The position numbers and the translations under genes were made by a program. A stretch of DNA of 64,000 nt from Sphaerodactylus townsendi (taxonomy: Eukaryota): contig NC_059434.1 in the NCBI RefSeq assembly GCF_021028975.2, forward strand, positions 48,360,001 through 48,424,000. Reading direction: 5' to 3'. Below the pieces are notes generated by a model that saw only the letters and a list, made by a program, of their open reading frames with translations, was not told where the DNA came from and made no database searches. Below, piece by piece: positions 61,724 to 64,000 of the stretch; positions within the stretch are counted from its first letter, which is position 1; each line of letters begins with the position of its first letter.

Positions 61724-64000
61724 GTACCTTATTAAAAGAAAGGAAAAGAACCTGTCTGGCTCTAGTGCGAAATATACAACTCTATTTTAATGAAAATAAT
61801 TCAAACATCTACCTACCAGAACAACTCTTAATCAACAACATATTGTATACAACAACAACAACAACAAAACAATGAACAATATACACATAGAGGATCCCAA
61901 ATATAATAATAGGCAAATGCCCCTGCAGTGGGATTTCACAGGCAATGAATTTGCTGGCATCCACATCAGTCACACCCACAAAACATCACAGGGGCACAAT
62001 GGTGTGATGACGACAAGGGAGGGAACCAATCAACCACAGCGGAACCCCAGGAAGTCTGCACTGGAGACACATGAGAAGAAGGATTGAGGGGGGCAGTCCC
62101 TCATAGCACACAGGCCATGCCTGCAGCTCCCACCTCTTAAAGGCATAGGCCTCTGCCAAAAAGAACAGAGTCTGCAGAACAAAAAGGGAAGGGGACCCTT
62201 CCACACACCAATATCCAAAATACATGTGTAAACCCAGGGCCCAGTCAAACACAGATCACCACACATAGTACCAGGAACACAGAGTAATCCCAGCTGCTGC
62301 CACTGCTGAAATAGGAGGAGGGTCGCTGCGGCAGGGGTCAGTACAAGATCATGGAATGTCACCAGCATGTCTTCAAGTCATCCCTCAATGCATGCCTGCT
62401 GTCCCTCCATGTCCCCACCAACAGCCACCATCTGCTCAAAGAGAAAATGAAATCAGGAAATGATTAAACTTTTAATTTAATGATGATTTGCTGAGCTGAT
62501 CCCATTTACTATGGGTGAGAGGCAAGCAGGGTGTTTGATTACCACAAGAATCCAGAATCTCAACACAGAAATGTGTGCTGCAAATAGTTCATTGCTGAAT
62601 CACAGATTATTCTATGACACTTTTCCTACTTTTTTTTTACCTCAGCAGTGGGATACACCCTCCTTCTTTTCTCCCATCTCTACGTGACAGTTGCAGTGCA
62701 GGCACAGAGAAGAAGGGATCCCTTAGATTTGTTCTGCTAATGATGGAGAATAAATTTACATTAATGCAGCTTAGGTTTTAACGATATTTTGCAGTTTTTA
62801 AAGATATTTTGGTTCTGGTATGTTACTGCAATAAGAAATGAAAAAATATTAAATATGACTTAGTTTTATGTTAAATTCCTTTCATTATATCAAAATGGCA
62901 CCCATGCTGAGGTTTTGGTTGTATACAAGTTTATTTCATTTTACTTGATTAACTGGTTAAATCACAGACAATTAATCAATCAACGATTTCGTAGTCAGTT
63001 CAGCTAGAGTGCTAACAGGTGCCACAGGGCCAGCCATTCTAAAAATGGTGCTCCTATTTTCAGTCATTTCTTTAAAGACAAGTGGAGTCTTTCATAATGT
63101 TTATATGAATGAACCTTAATCTCAGACACTATCAATGGATTTTAGTATTGTTGTCAATGCTTAGAAATCAACAACAGCATCTCTATTCTGCTTGTTTTAT
63201 AGGGGAGTCGGGTACAGCTGCCCTTCCAGAAATAAGCAGTGGTAAGTAACAGAACTATTAGTATCTATTTGCCTTTTTCAGCTGTTGAATAACAAGATAG
63301 AGATGGTATATACTACTAGTCTTTTGTATGTCAGTTCATCTTCCACCTTCAGTGCAGCCCTCATTTGGACTGCACATGTGCAGGCCGGCCACAGAATAGT
63401 AGTTTCTAGTTACTGAGGAACCATTGGGAATATCCCTTTTCTCTAGAGACTGCACAACATTTTTTCCCGCCCAAACCAACATATGCTCTGGAGAAGTAGT
63501 GTCCCCTTCCCTCAGTTCTTTTCTTACCACCACTGGGATGGGAGCTTCTTCTCTTACCTCTAGCCATTTTTTCCATTGCTTTTTCTCTGTAAGAAAAGGA
63601 AAACAAAGTGAAGGAGTGTGCCGTATCAAGTTCTTTATACCAGTTACTACTTACATGCCCATTGGTTGAAGCAGCTGACGCTGACCAACCCACTTTTTAA
63701 TCCAAAGGCCAACAAATCTCAATTTATCTGTGAGGTTGCCCCCCCCCATCCCTGCTGACCATCTTCACAGGGCCCAGAATGTCAGTCAAGGCCTTGATCA
63801 AAAACTGCACGTCATATGGCACAAAAATGACTCATAGCAATGAGCATGGCCTCTGTCTCAGGCGTCTGGGGGAGCCTCACAATGTTCCCAACTATAAGAT
63901 GCACCAGAAATTACCCTGCAAAGCGAGAGGTGGCAAAGCCTTTAGGTTAAAATCTGCATTATGGTAGAGAGCTCTCACCTTCTCCAGTACTAGGAAGTCA

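Overview
Vertebrate genomic DNA from a squamate reptile, probably a gecko judging by its Squam3-like tRNA-SINEs with (CTT)n tails. There are two assembly gaps. The only host gene I can support is the 3' end of TTC29 on the + strand: two clear coding exons (6507-6630, 14545-14776) and a tentative terminal exon (15547-15590). The remaining ~48 kb is intergenic. By amniote synteny it should lead towards POU4F2, and it contains several repeat-free blocks rich in TAAT and E-box motifs that may be conserved enhancers. The window is dense in transposons: hAT elements with 8-bp TSDs, Harbinger- and Mariner-type MITEs, a Helitron, a Gypsy remnant, Penelope-type ends with degenerate hammerhead motifs, a DIRS/Ngaro-like terminal repeat, SINEs and L2/CR1 fragments. 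The most striking structure is a young, transposase-less composite hAT-type element present twice in inverted orientation (9939-13732, TSD GCCTTTAC; 38337-41551, no TSD). It carries captured cargo and an internal ~233-bp SINE-derived tandem array (8 versus 5 units). The two copies bracket the last TTC29 exons. Nearly all ORFs in the supplied track are spurious.
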